The position numbers were made by a program, and so were the translations under genes. A model generated the notes under the pieces. It was given only the letters and a program-made list of their open reading frames with translations, did not search any database and was not told where the DNA came from. From Octopus vulgaris (lineage: Eukaryota), in contig OX597828.1 in NCBI GenBank assembly GCA_951406725.2, forward strand, positions 7,378,001 to 7,442,000: 64,000 nt of DNA, written 5' to 3'. This document shows, in pieces, positions 52,465-64,000 of this stretch (its first letter is position 1; the number at the start of each line of letters is the position of its first letter).

Positions 52465-53245
52465 TTTTTTTTTATTACCCAAAAGGGGCTAAACATAGAG
52501 GGGAGAAACAAAGACAGACAAACAGATTAAGTCGATTACATCGACCCCAGTGCGTAACTGGTACTTTATTTATCGACCTCGAAAGGATGAAAGGCAAAGT
52601 CGACCTCGGCGGAATTTGAACTCAGAACGTAACGGCAGACGAAATACCTATTTCTTTACTACCCACAATGGACTAAACATTGAGGGGACAAACAAGGGCA
52701 GACAAACGGATGAAGTCGATTACATCGACCCCAGTGAGTAACTGGTACTTTATTTATCGACGCCGAAAGGATGAAAGGCAAAGTCGACCTCGGCGGAATT
52801 TGAACTCAGAACATAAAGTGAGACGAAATACCTATTTCTTTACCACCCACAAGGGGCTAAACATAGAGGGGACAAACAAGGACAGACAAACGGATGAAGT
52901 CGATTATATCGACCGCGGTGCGTAACTGGTACTTTATTTATCGACGCCGAAAGGATGAAAGGCAAAGTCGACCTTGGCGGAATTTGAACTCAGCACGTAG
53001 CGCCAGACGAAATACCTATTTCTTTACTACCCACAAGGGGCTAAACATAGAGGGAACAAATAAGGACAGACAAACGGATGAAGTCGATTATATCGACCCC
53101 AGTGAGTAACTGGTACTTAATTTATCGACCCCGAAAGGATGAAAGGCAAAGTCGACCACGGCGGAATTTGAACTCAGAACGTAACGGCAGACGAAATACA
53201 GCTACGCATTTCGCCCGGCATGCTAACGGTTCTGCCAGCTCACCC
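52465..53245 (-). mobile_element. Family D SINE tetramer (one headed unit plus three headless ~184-bp units)
   Basis: The junction GACGAAATAC|CTATTTCTTT occurs at ~52647, ~52831 and ~53015; head at 53195-53245. Confidence 0.92.
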
Positions 53246-53780
53246 TATCGGTCACAGTCTCTCGTTTAGTTTGGTAGTTATTTTATCGATCTCCTACCTA
53301 ATCTCTAAGTTACGCTTTTGATAGGGATGAATCTCTATACATAAAGAACCCCAGTAAACGTAAACATGTTGTTTCTATCCACCAAATTTCATTCGCATAG
53401 CACTTGTCATTCCAGGGCTAAAACAGAAGTGTGGGATATTAAAATCCATCCGATCAGGAATTAAGTGGTGCTGAAGCGATCTTATTACGCACAATGCCCT
53501 GCCATACATACATACATACATACATACATACATACATACATACAGACATGCATACATACATGCATAATCTATAAATACCTACGTACATACACACGCGTGT
53601 GTGTATGTGTGTACATGTATGTGTGTGTATATATACATATATTGACATACACATGATTACTCACGCCCAAAACTTCTACTGGGTACTTCTACATACATAC
53701 ATACATATATATATATATACAGTGTACATTTAAACACATAAGAGATGTCCATAACAGGACATCTGACTCGCTAGAAAGAT

Positions 53781-53837
53781 TAGTTAAACTACAAACCACT
53801 AATAGTTGTAATTAGAAAGTGGTTTGTAGTTTAACTA
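53781..53837. repeat. Perfect 20-bp inverted repeat
   Basis: TAGTTAAACTACAAACCACT (53781-800) / AGTGGTTTGTAGTTTAACTA (53818-37). Confidence 0.85.
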
Positions 53838-54520
53838 CTCTATATTAATTAATGATATATATATATTTATTTATATGTTCAAAAGCTAAGATTGCAGACT
53901 GTTGCTACAAGTTTGCATCCAACCGTTAGCAATGTAATATTTTCGACGCAAAATCCTGAGTGATAACTCAGTAGCTCAGATAACGAATAGCTAAGCTCTA
54001 TTTCTTTGAGAATCGCTTACACCAAGAACATGTTCTACCTTGACTACCTAGGAAACGTCATACCACTCTCAAAGTTCGTTTGTAAATAAAGAGACAAAAC
54101 CGAGACTAATGGCATTTCATGGACGTTGTTAGATAAAGTCCATACGTGTTAGAGAAGGTCAAATACTGCTCTTATGACTCACGGAGAAATTCTACATCAC
54201 CTGACATCTGATTATTTTGTAAAGAGTAACAAACTAATTTTGACTTGCTTACACTTGTTCAAATGATCGCGAAGGTATCCTCCCGGCAACCGCTGACGAT
54301 TTACATTGCTAATAATCTCAAAACTCCTTTTATTGCATTCAGAACAATTGGCATGGACTGACATCTGACGGGTTGAATAAACTGAGGCTCGGTGATATTT
54401 ATTACTTGTTTACTTTAAATAAATTAACATACATATGGTTACCCACGCCAACAACTTCTACTTGGTACTTCTAAATTTTGTACTACATTATATACAAAAA
54501 TGTGTGCCTGCATGTCAAGA

Positions 54521-54771
54521 CGCCATGATAGATCTTTAGCTACTACATACTTTTTTTCTCTCCTTGTTTTTTTCTCTTCTTTTTTCTCTCCTTTTTTTCT
54601 CTCCTTTTTTCTCTCCTTGTTTCTCTCCTTGTTTTTTTCTGTGTATCTTTCTGTCGAAGTGCGTAGGCTCGAAACGTAAAAGACTTTTTCTTTTCCTGAG
54701 CGCTATACTAATACATTTGTTTGTTTGTACTCCACCTGCCTTCGTCTTTTGTTTATTTTCGTAAACTTTCC

Positions 54772-54773
<2 letters not shown>
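54521..54773 (+). mobile_element. Family E element (hammerhead variant 54647-54682) with internal TTTTCTCTCC expansion
   Basis: CUUU-CUGUCGA-A-GUGC-GUAG-GCUC-GAAAC-GUA-AAAG. Confidence 0.75.
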
Positions 54774-54848
<75 letters not shown>

Positions 54849-55359
54849 TCTATGTGTAGGGCTATAACCTATCTTCAGAAGTATCTAAATTCTAGTACCA
54901 GCATTTCGCCAGTTAATAGTTTATATTACTGCCTCATAATAATACTGGTACGAAATTGTTCAATAAGATTGTGATTATACTTCTTACATGCAGTACTGAG
55001 TGTATCTTTCTCACTTTCCCTTTTTCCCTTTCACTTCCTCTTAAGAATCGTTTCAGGATTTTATTACGAATAAGATGATATGCAGTGGTATATCGTTACA
55101 GTGATATTACATATAATGATATTTTATCACGGTGTTATTTTCGTCAAAACGCTAAAACGAAGTTAGTATAAGACGGCAGCAATCTCTCGTTACTGAATAA
55201 CAATGATAGGAACTCGCTCGATATGGGAGCAATAAATTGCTGCGCGCTTACAAGACAGGGTTATTCACTACCGCAACATCTTAGGCTTTTCGTACATGAA
55301 TCCTGTCTGAAACGTGGAGATGCGACATCACACTGACCTAACGTCCCCATAAATTCTTT

Positions 55360-55570
55360 TCACAAGAATGAAGAAAACAAATTTGAGAGGGTATGACCAT
55401 GTAAAAAGATCCAGTAACCATGCAAAGACGGTTCTTCCAGGAACTGATAAAAGAGAAAGAAGGAGAGGTGGACAGAGAAATGGCTGGATTGGGCAATATC
55501 AAGAAATAAACAAATAAATCAGTTGCGGGGACCCGAGTCCTGCAATACAACCAGGTGGAGAAGATTGGTA
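55360..55570 (+). pseudogene. Old RTE-clade LINE C-terminal fragment
   Basis: MKKTNLRGYDHVKRSSNHAKTVLPGTDKRERRRGGQRNGW resembles the RTE motif KLRWYGHV.R....K.IL.G..G.R.RGR..W. Confidence 0.6.
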
Positions 55571-55932
55571 TACAGTATATACAGTATATCATAGCTGTAC
55601 CGCCCTTCTAATCGACCGGAAGCGGAAGTTCAAGAAAGAAATATATCCCAATACGGCAGTGGTATTTTATGTCACTTATACAAAACACTATTGCCTGAAC
55701 AATGGTGCAAGCTGTTTGACAAGTTTATACAACATAGATTCACTGCTAAAGATGTTAAGACCTATAGTAAAATTATACATTTTGGTTTAGAAAGAATTGT
55801 CTTCACATGTTGTTTCATTGACTGATATAAACGGATTACGAGTGTCAATAGCAATTAACCAACAGTCTTGTTACACATTACCTGATCACGCATACACGCA
55901 AGCATGCACACACACACATACACACACACACA

Positions 55933-55964
<32 letters not shown>

Positions 55965-56266
55965 TACACACACACACAATACGTGCACAAACGCCCACAC
56001 ACAATATGTATGTATGTCTAAATATTTGTATCTATGAGTATGTATATATGTAAGTGTATGCATACATGTATGTGTATGTGTATATATATATGTTTAAATT
56101 ATGTGTATGTATACACGAAGAGACACACACATATGCATATGCATATATGCATGTATTGTATATATATGTACATACACATGAATGTGTCTGTTCGATTTGA
56201 CATATATCTACCTACATCTAACAAATTATTTATGTGGATACGTATATATTTATGCATGTGTGCTTC

Positions 56267-56289
<23 letters not shown>

Positions 56290-56316
<27 letters not shown>

Positions 56317-56830
56317 TATATACATGCACACACACACACATATAATACATGCGCTAACACATATATATATATACACTCACACACATACACAAACACATAT
56401 ATACATGTACACACACACATAATACATGCGCTCACACATATATATACACACACACATACACAAACACATATATACATGCACACACACACACACAATACAT
56501 GCGCTCACACATATATATATACACACACATACACAAACACATATATACATGCACACACACATATAATACATGCGCTCACACATATATATACACACACACA
56601 CACATACACAAACACATATATACATGCACACACACATATAATACATGCGCTCACACATATATATACACACACACTCACATACACAAACACATATATACAT
56701 GCACACACACATATAATACATGCGCTCACACATATATATATATCCACACACACACATACACAAACACATATATACATGCACACACACACAATATAATACA
56801 TGCGCTCATACATATATATATATACATACA
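56290..56830. repeat. Minisatellite of ~7 units of ~70-80 bp built from CA/TA microsatellite blocks
   Basis: ACAAACACATATATACATG(CA)n.TAATACATGCGCTCACACATATAT is repeated. Confidence 0.85.
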
Positions 56831-57306
56831 CACACATATACAAAATACATATATAACATTATATATATATATCTAATGAATACAATTAGGAAAGAAATAA
56901 CGAATAGATTCTATTTGAGATTGACATTCATTCAGTTATAGTTGAAAGCACTTGTCACATGTCAGAGTAGTCGATCACTAATTGGTTAATTTCAGTTACG
57001 TGCTCAACAACAACAACATCAACAAGAATGACACTTCTCAGCAAACCAGCTTCAACATTACTGGTATCCTTTTTTTTTTGTTTTTATCTAATTATGTCGT
57101 TAACAACAACTCGAGATGTGGTCAATGTTTTAAAGCTACAAATTCTTTGTGTCTTGTGGTATATATAAACGCTGTTGATGCTGTTGTTGTCGTCTTGTTG
57201 ATTGGTTGGTTGATTGGTTGGCTGGTTAGTCGGCTGGCTGTTGTTTGTAGCAGCAGTGGCAGTATTATTCTGATTCTTTGTCTTTGTTGTTCTTTGTTGC
57301 TATTGG

Positions 57307-57536
57307 GAGCTGGCAGAAACGTTAGCACGCCGGGCGAAATCCGTAGCCGTAGTATTTCGTCTGCCGTTATGTTCGGAGTTCAAATTCCGCCGAGGTCCAC
57401 TTTGCCTTTCATACTTTCGGGGTCGATTTAAATAAGTACCAGTTACGCACTGGGGTCTATGTAATCGACTTAATCCCTTTGTCTGTCCTTGTTTGTTCCC
57501 TCTGCGTTTAGCCCCTTGTGGGTAGTAAAGAAATAG
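57307..57536 (+). mobile_element. Family D SINE monomer
   Basis: GAGCTGGCAGAAACGTTAGCACG..GTAGTAAAGAAATAG. Confidence 0.9.
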
Positions 57537-57817
57537 GATATTGCTCTTCTTGTTCATTGACGTCAGAATCAAGACCACGATGATAATTCCCTCCAAAACT
57601 GTTCCTCACCACGATTCTCAAGACAATTCATTTAGAGTATGATGATGATAAGGAGGAGGATATTATGATGATGTCAACAACTGCTAACACGGAACCACAG
57701 CAGTAATAGTTCCGTGGAAAGAGACATGGGAGACCCTGTGAGACCTTTGACAGCAGGTTGCTATCCGTGCTCACGGAATTAACCCAAGCAAGACCGAGAG
57801 CCTTGAGAAGTAAAATG

Positions 57818-57890
<73 letters not shown>

Positions 57891-58259
57891 TACCAGGCTG
57901 TGGCTCACATGGTTTCTGATCTTAACTGATTGGAAGCGTTGTCTTGTACATGTTTTGTCTTAGTGTAAAATATGGGCTACAGCAAGTATTCTGCTCAATG
58001 CCACAGATTTGCTTGTCAGTTGTTTGACCATAGCCAGTTGAGCATGTTCCTTGGTGGCTGACAATATGTGTATCTCTGATCACAAGCAGAAGTAGTGGGG
58101 GGGGCAGCATGGCCATGTGTTGAGAGGAGTTATTAGGGGTTTGAATAGTTCACCTCTGGAAACATGGGTGTTTCGTTCATCATCCTTAAGCATTCTTTAT
58201 TCAGGGTCCTTTGAGCGGGATTGGCTAACTATTCTGCCAGGTCACTATCTTTTATTTGT

Positions 58260-58960
58260 TTTTAGTTTATGCACAAGGCCAGCAGTTATGAGAAAAGACT
58301 ATCAGTCAATGGTTCATAAGTACTTGACAGGTAATTCATTTTATCGATCACGCAGGGATGAAAGGTAAGATTAAAGTTTAAAACATAGACAGCTGGAAAA
58401 ATACCTATTTCTTCACTACCCACAATGGGCCAAACAAGGACAGACAAACGGATTAAGTCGATTATATCGACCCCAGTGCGTAACTGGTACTTAATTTATC
58501 GACCCCTAAAGGATGAAAAGCAAAGTCGACCTCAGCGGAATTTGAACTCAGAACGTATCGGCGGACGAAATACCTATTTCTTTATTACCCACAAGGGACT
58601 AAACATAGAGGGAACAAACAAGGACAGAGAAACGGATTAAGTCGATTACATCGACACCAGTGCGTAACTGGTACTTATTTAATCGACTCTGAAAGGATGA
58701 ACGGCAAAGTGACCTCGGCGGAATTTGAACTCAGAACGTAACGGCAGACGAAATACCGCTAAGCATTTCGCCCGGAGTGCTAACGTTTCTGCCAGCACGT
58801 CGCCTTTATAATTGTAATTTATGGTAGAGATTTGAAACCTCCACTTGCATGTTATGTTACTACTTCTAAATACCCTTACCTACTGGGCCACCAAAGCAGC
58901 AACACAACTGGAAAAATACCGCTGAGTATTTTATCCGATGCTCGAAAGATCCTGGCAAAT
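58260..58960 (-). mobile_element. Old family D SINE split by a younger D dimer (58406-58806)
   Basis: 13-bp direct repeat CTGGAAAAATACC at 58393-58405 and 58908-58920. The old body lies to the left and the old head to the right. Confidence 0.8.
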
Positions 58961-59149
58961 AATAATGATCTCTTTTATATGATGACAATAATTCTTTCTA
59001 CGGATAACCTACTCCGCTTTATGGAACTGGAAGAAGCTGACATCGACTTAGCTAAAGAGAAAATGCCTGCTTTTTCTCTTTTCACCGTGCAACCTCTGTC
59101 GCCATATCCACCAGACTGGAGAACTCTGCCTACCCTTGACTGTCAAAGG

Positions 59150-59560
59150 AATGATAATAATGCTTTCAAATTTTGACACAAGGTCAGCAAGTTCATGTGA
59201 GGGCACTAATTGATTACATCGACCTCAGTGCTCAACTGGTTCTTAATTAATCAATCCCGAAAGGATGAAAGGTTAAGTCGAGCTCGGCGGAATTTGAACT
59301 CAAAATGTAAAGACGGACGAAATGTTACTATGCATTTTGTCCGGCGTACTTAACGACTCTGCCACCTCATCACCTTAAAAGACATGATAATAATCCTTTC
59401 CACTCTAGGCACAAGACCTGAAATTTCGTGGGAGGAGGTAAATTGATTATATTGACCCCAGTGCGGAACTGGTACTTATTTCATCGACCCGAAAGGACGA
59501 AAGGCAAAATCGACCTCGGTGGTATTTGAACATAAAGACGGACGAAATGCCGCTCACCAA
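59150..59560 (-). mobile_element. Two older family D SINE copies
   Basis: Core ATCGACCCGAAAGGA.GAAAGG.AAA.TCGA.CTCGG with the old-type tail. Confidence 0.75.
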
Positions 59561-59652
59561 CTCAAAAACAATGATAATAATAATACTCCTTTCTACTATA
59601 GGCACTAGACCTATAGTAGAGTAGATATTAAAGTTGTGGTCGTCTTCTTTTT

Positions 59653-59720
<68 letters not shown>

Positions 59721-60132
59721 ACTACTACTATTATCCGAGACCTGATCCATGGGCTCGTCTCTACGACGTGGTCCTGGGAAGGTCTTTTGTTTTTAATTTA
59801 AAACTTAGCAGTTACCTACACAAACATGTTTCACCTCTTCACCTTGGAATGAAAAGAACCAGCACAGTTTCTCACAGGCAAAAAACAACTAAACGACGGA
59901 TGTGTTGCCATCAAAATGCAAAGAAAGAGCTGCAAGAGATATCTCAAGTCGTCTCGTCCGACACTCTACCGACTCCGTGAATCCACCGCCCTTGACGGAC
60001 GGGGATCCTAAACGGGGGTAAAGGCAAATTTGACAAGGGTGGTATTTGAAGGAAAACGGCGGAGAGCTAAAATGAATAAGCATTTTATCTCACAATCTCA
60101 AGACTCAGTCAAAGCTGCTGCTGCTGCTGCTG

Positions 60133-60170
<38 letters not shown>

Positions 60171-60608
60171 GCTGACGTTTTATTCAAACTGCGTTACTCT
60201 CAAATCGGTCAGATTTAAATAATAAACCTTGTACAACGTAGTAATTTCTTGATAATGTCTGAAGGTTATAAAATAAGACACAAGACATTGCACTCATGCA
60301 TAAATTTATATATCTGGTTAACCTATCCATCATTAATAACTGAAAGTAATTACTGCGCTCATTCCATATTATCTTCTCACTCGAATTAAAGGAAGAAGAG
60401 GGCAAGGAATAGTAAATAATCGATACTCTATAGTCTAGATTGAGCGTTAGTATGGTTATATGGATAATAAATTTGCTTTGCAAATGACGATTTTCCTGGT
60501 TCGATCTCACTACGCTTTGCAACTGAAATTTGCTCGAGGGAATTGAATGGAAGGAGTTTGTGCGTATTACCATAGAATATAAGTGTGTATACTATTCGAT
60601 ACTATTTA

Positions 60609-60658
<50 letters not shown>

Positions 60659-60683
60659 TAGATAGATAGATAGATAGATATAT

Positions 60684-60754
<71 letters not shown>

Positions 60755-60820
60755 GATATATGTATATATACATACGTATATATGTATATATATATATATG
60801 TATATATGTATATGTATATG

Positions 60821-60856
<36 letters not shown>

Positions 60857-60984
60857 TGTATAGTGTTTTTATATGTATGTCTTCTCATGCATATACTTGC
60901 ATATCTAGTCATGCTCATATATACTTAGATGATAAAATTCTGGAACGTTTTACAGTTTTCTGTTTGTATATATGTATGTATGTA

Positions 60985-61325
60985 TTCTTTTATTCTTTTA
61001 CTTGTCTCAGTCATTTGACTGCAGCCATGCTGGAGCGCCACCTTAAAGCAGTTTAGTCGAAGAAATCAACCCCAGAACTTATTCTTTGTAAGCCTAGAAC
61101 ATATACCATCGAGTCTCTTTTGCCGAACCGCTAAGTTACGAGGATTAAGCACACCAGCAACGATCGTCAAGCGATGGCGGGGATGCACACACACACACTT
61201 ACAATGGGCTTCTTTCAGTTTCCGTCTACCAAATAAACTCACAAGGCTTTGGTCGGCCCGGGGTTATAGTAGAAAACACTTGTCCAAGATGCCACGCAGT
61301 GCGTCTGAACCCAGAACAACGTGGT
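60985..61325 (-). mobile_element. SINE family C
   Basis: Homologous to 23502-23918. Confidence 0.85.
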
Positions 61326-62274
61326 CTATGTACCTATGTACCTATGTTCTCTTTCTCTTTTTAACTTAAAGTAAACTTTGACCGGCCACCACCTTGTTGG
61401 CAAGGTCGGGGCTGGAAACTATCTTGTTCTAACCATCATCCTTTCAGACCTGACGTCTTGCAGATTTTCAGTCACATAATCATATGTAGTTAAAGAATTA
61501 AGGATTCGCTTTCACTCCCCAAGATCCCAAGTTCACCCATACTTTGCTCCAGACGTTGGTATACATCCCTTGTAGATCCTGTATGTATGTATGGTGTATG
61601 TATGTATGTATGTATGTATGTATGTATGTATGTATGTATGTATGTATGTGTATGTATGTATGTATGTGTGTGTTTGTATGTATGTATGTATACATATATG
61701 TATGTATGTATGTATGTATGATGTATATATGTATATGTATGTGTGTGTGTATGTGTATGTATGCATGTATATATATGTATGATGTATGTATGTATGTATG
61801 CATATATGATGTATGTATGTGCATGTATGTATATATATATATGTATATGCATGTATGTATGTATATGTATGTATGTGTGTGTATGTATGTATGATGTATG
61901 TATGAATGTATGTAAGTATGTATATGTATGTATGTATGTTTCTGTGTATATATACACACACAGATATATACGTCGTGTTTAGTATTATATTCATATTTAT
62001 AGCCGCAATCACACAAACGCACACCCAATGCCATATGCGCACGCGTGTACGTGGTTGTGCACGTTTATATGCACGTATGTGTATGAGCTTGTATGCGTAT
62101 GTGTGCGCGTACGTACATGTGTGTATCTAGAACGTCCCGTTTTCAAAATAAATTTCTTTATTTTGGGGCTACAAGCTTCAGGATATAAAAGTATATACGC
62201 GCACAGATATACGCAGTCTCGCACAGATGATACACAAATACGCACTCAAAGTCACACTGACACACATACACACA

Positions 62275-62389
<115 letters not shown>

Positions 62390-62605
62390 CACATTAAGAC
62401 GCGTAAATATATGGGTATGCATGAATGCACACACACACACACATACACACAGATACAAATTTACGTATATATGCATGCATATATTATATATATATTCATA
62501 TAGACACATATATACACTCACATGTATGTTTATGTATATATATATATGCGTGTGTATATATATATATCATATCTATTTATATATATCCATATCTATTTAT
62601 ATGCT

Positions 62606-62652
<47 letters not shown>

Positions 62653-63045
62653 GCGTGTGTATGTGTGTATGCGCGTGTATGTGTGTGTGTATGTATAATC
62701 AGCTAACTCATCTATTCCAACAACATTAACAACGCTAACAACAATAGCAAAAACAACAACAACAACAACAGCAACGATGTCCATCTACATTGTCCAGAAA
62801 AGGCTTAACAATAATGGAATGTAGAAAGTGTTAAGTTAACCTTTAGAGGCACACTGTAATTTATTCTGAAATGTCTCCAATGTGTTCTTAATTGACAAGG
62901 CAAACGTGTCGAGGAATACTACAGCTGTCCTTTACTGTCCAGTCGTCTGGTGGCCGAAACAATACATGCTTCAGAAAATAGCTGACCGTAATGCTTCACC
63001 TAACTATCAACTCTATTTCTCTTTCTTTCAACTCTTGCTTTCTGT

Positions 63046-63076
<31 letters not shown>

Positions 63077-63144
63077 TGTCTACTCAGGCCATTATATTGT
63101 CCAGCCGGACATCAACAGTTCCTGTTGTTGTTTTTGTTATAATT

Positions 63145-63213
<69 letters not shown>

Positions 63214-63275
63214 GTGTGTGTGTATCTGTCTGTTCAGTTATATATATTTTACAACCTTGTCATATACGGAAATGC

Positions 63276-63340
<65 letters not shown>

Positions 63341-63487
63341 CAAACACACACGCGCACGCGATACACACACAAGCATGTATACATTTACACACACATGTAT
63401 ATGTACGTATGTACTTATGTATGTATATATATATATATATACACAATAGATACTCTATATGTGAGTGTGTATTTGTATGAATATATT

Positions 63488-63537
<50 letters not shown>

Positions 63538-63809
63538 TATATCTATATATATATTACGTATAATCATACAAATTACGAGTGCATTACTTTTGTTTTGTTT
63601 CAATACTCTTCTGTTTTACACAATGTGTTCATAGATATTTAGCCAAAACGCTATGTAAAGTCAGCTATAATAGTTCTGTCTTTATATACAGTATCTTTAC
63701 GCACAGAAAGTTTGAAATCAACCGGAGTAGTTTCAGTCTCATGTCGGAGTTGCATCGGCGAGTGATTCCCTCTTGTAGTGTGTACGAGAATACTGTCTAT
63801 AAGGAGAGT

Positions 63810-64000
63810 TTCCTTCTCGAGCCACGCTTGGCTCATAAGGGCCGGTTTCCCGGTTTCCTTCGCGTATAGGTTCCCCACCTGGACGGGATGCCGGTCCGTC
63901 GCAGGTGAACTGCAAGATGCAGGAGGAAAGAGTGAGAGAAAGTTGTGGCGAAAGAGTCAGCAGAAATTTGCTATTACCTTCTGCCGGAGCCGCGTGGCGC
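63810..64000 (-). mobile_element. SINE with family A body and B-type tail, cut by the window end
   Basis: CTGCCGGAGCC.CGTGG body plus CCGGTTTCCCGGTTTC..CTGGACGGGATGCCGGTCC tail. Confidence 0.8.

Noticed and set aside
52465-53245. CRISPR-like or repeat-protein array (recurring MRNWY.IYRPRKDERQSRPRRNLNSE ORFs)
   Set aside because: These are contiguous ~184-bp SINE units without unique spacers; the peptide is the antisense reading of the SINE core. No cas genes, and the context is eukaryotic.
54846-54985. Two partial hammerhead-like motifs (CTGAAGA..GAAAC; ATTATGAG..GCGAAA) on the minus strand
   Set aside because: One is truncated by (TA)n and the other lacks CUGA and stem I; counted only as a possible fold-back remnant.
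59730-60115. GC-richer unique block with short ORFs
   Set aside because: No recognisable protein motif or consistent splice pair.

Overview
AT-rich, microsatellite-saturated eukaryotic DNA with no recognisable intact host gene. It is probably intronic or intergenic cephalopod (Octopus-like) sequence, inferred from the repeat landscape only. Almost every ORF in the track is a simple-repeat translation. The real content is: (i) at least four tRNA-headed SINE families, labelled A-D here; (ii) broken LINE fragments (HERO-like RLE, CR1-like, R4/Dong-like, RTE-like); (iii) a few DNA-transposon MITEs; (iv) a dense set of short (TA)n-embedded, often fold-back elements carrying type I hammerhead ribozyme motifs, the hallmark of Penelope-like pseudo-LTRs. 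The most notable observations are: about 17 intact-to-degenerate hammerhead motifs, including a five-copy family with a fixed non-canonical CUGUNGA core; a scrambled-order (non-circularly permuted) hammerhead-like fold in the HERO-like 3' UTR; and evidence that SINE family D repeatedly inserts into the anticodon-loop position of its own older copies, building head-to-tail arrays. All calls were made by eye; boundaries are approximate (about +/-10 bp) unless a motif is quoted.
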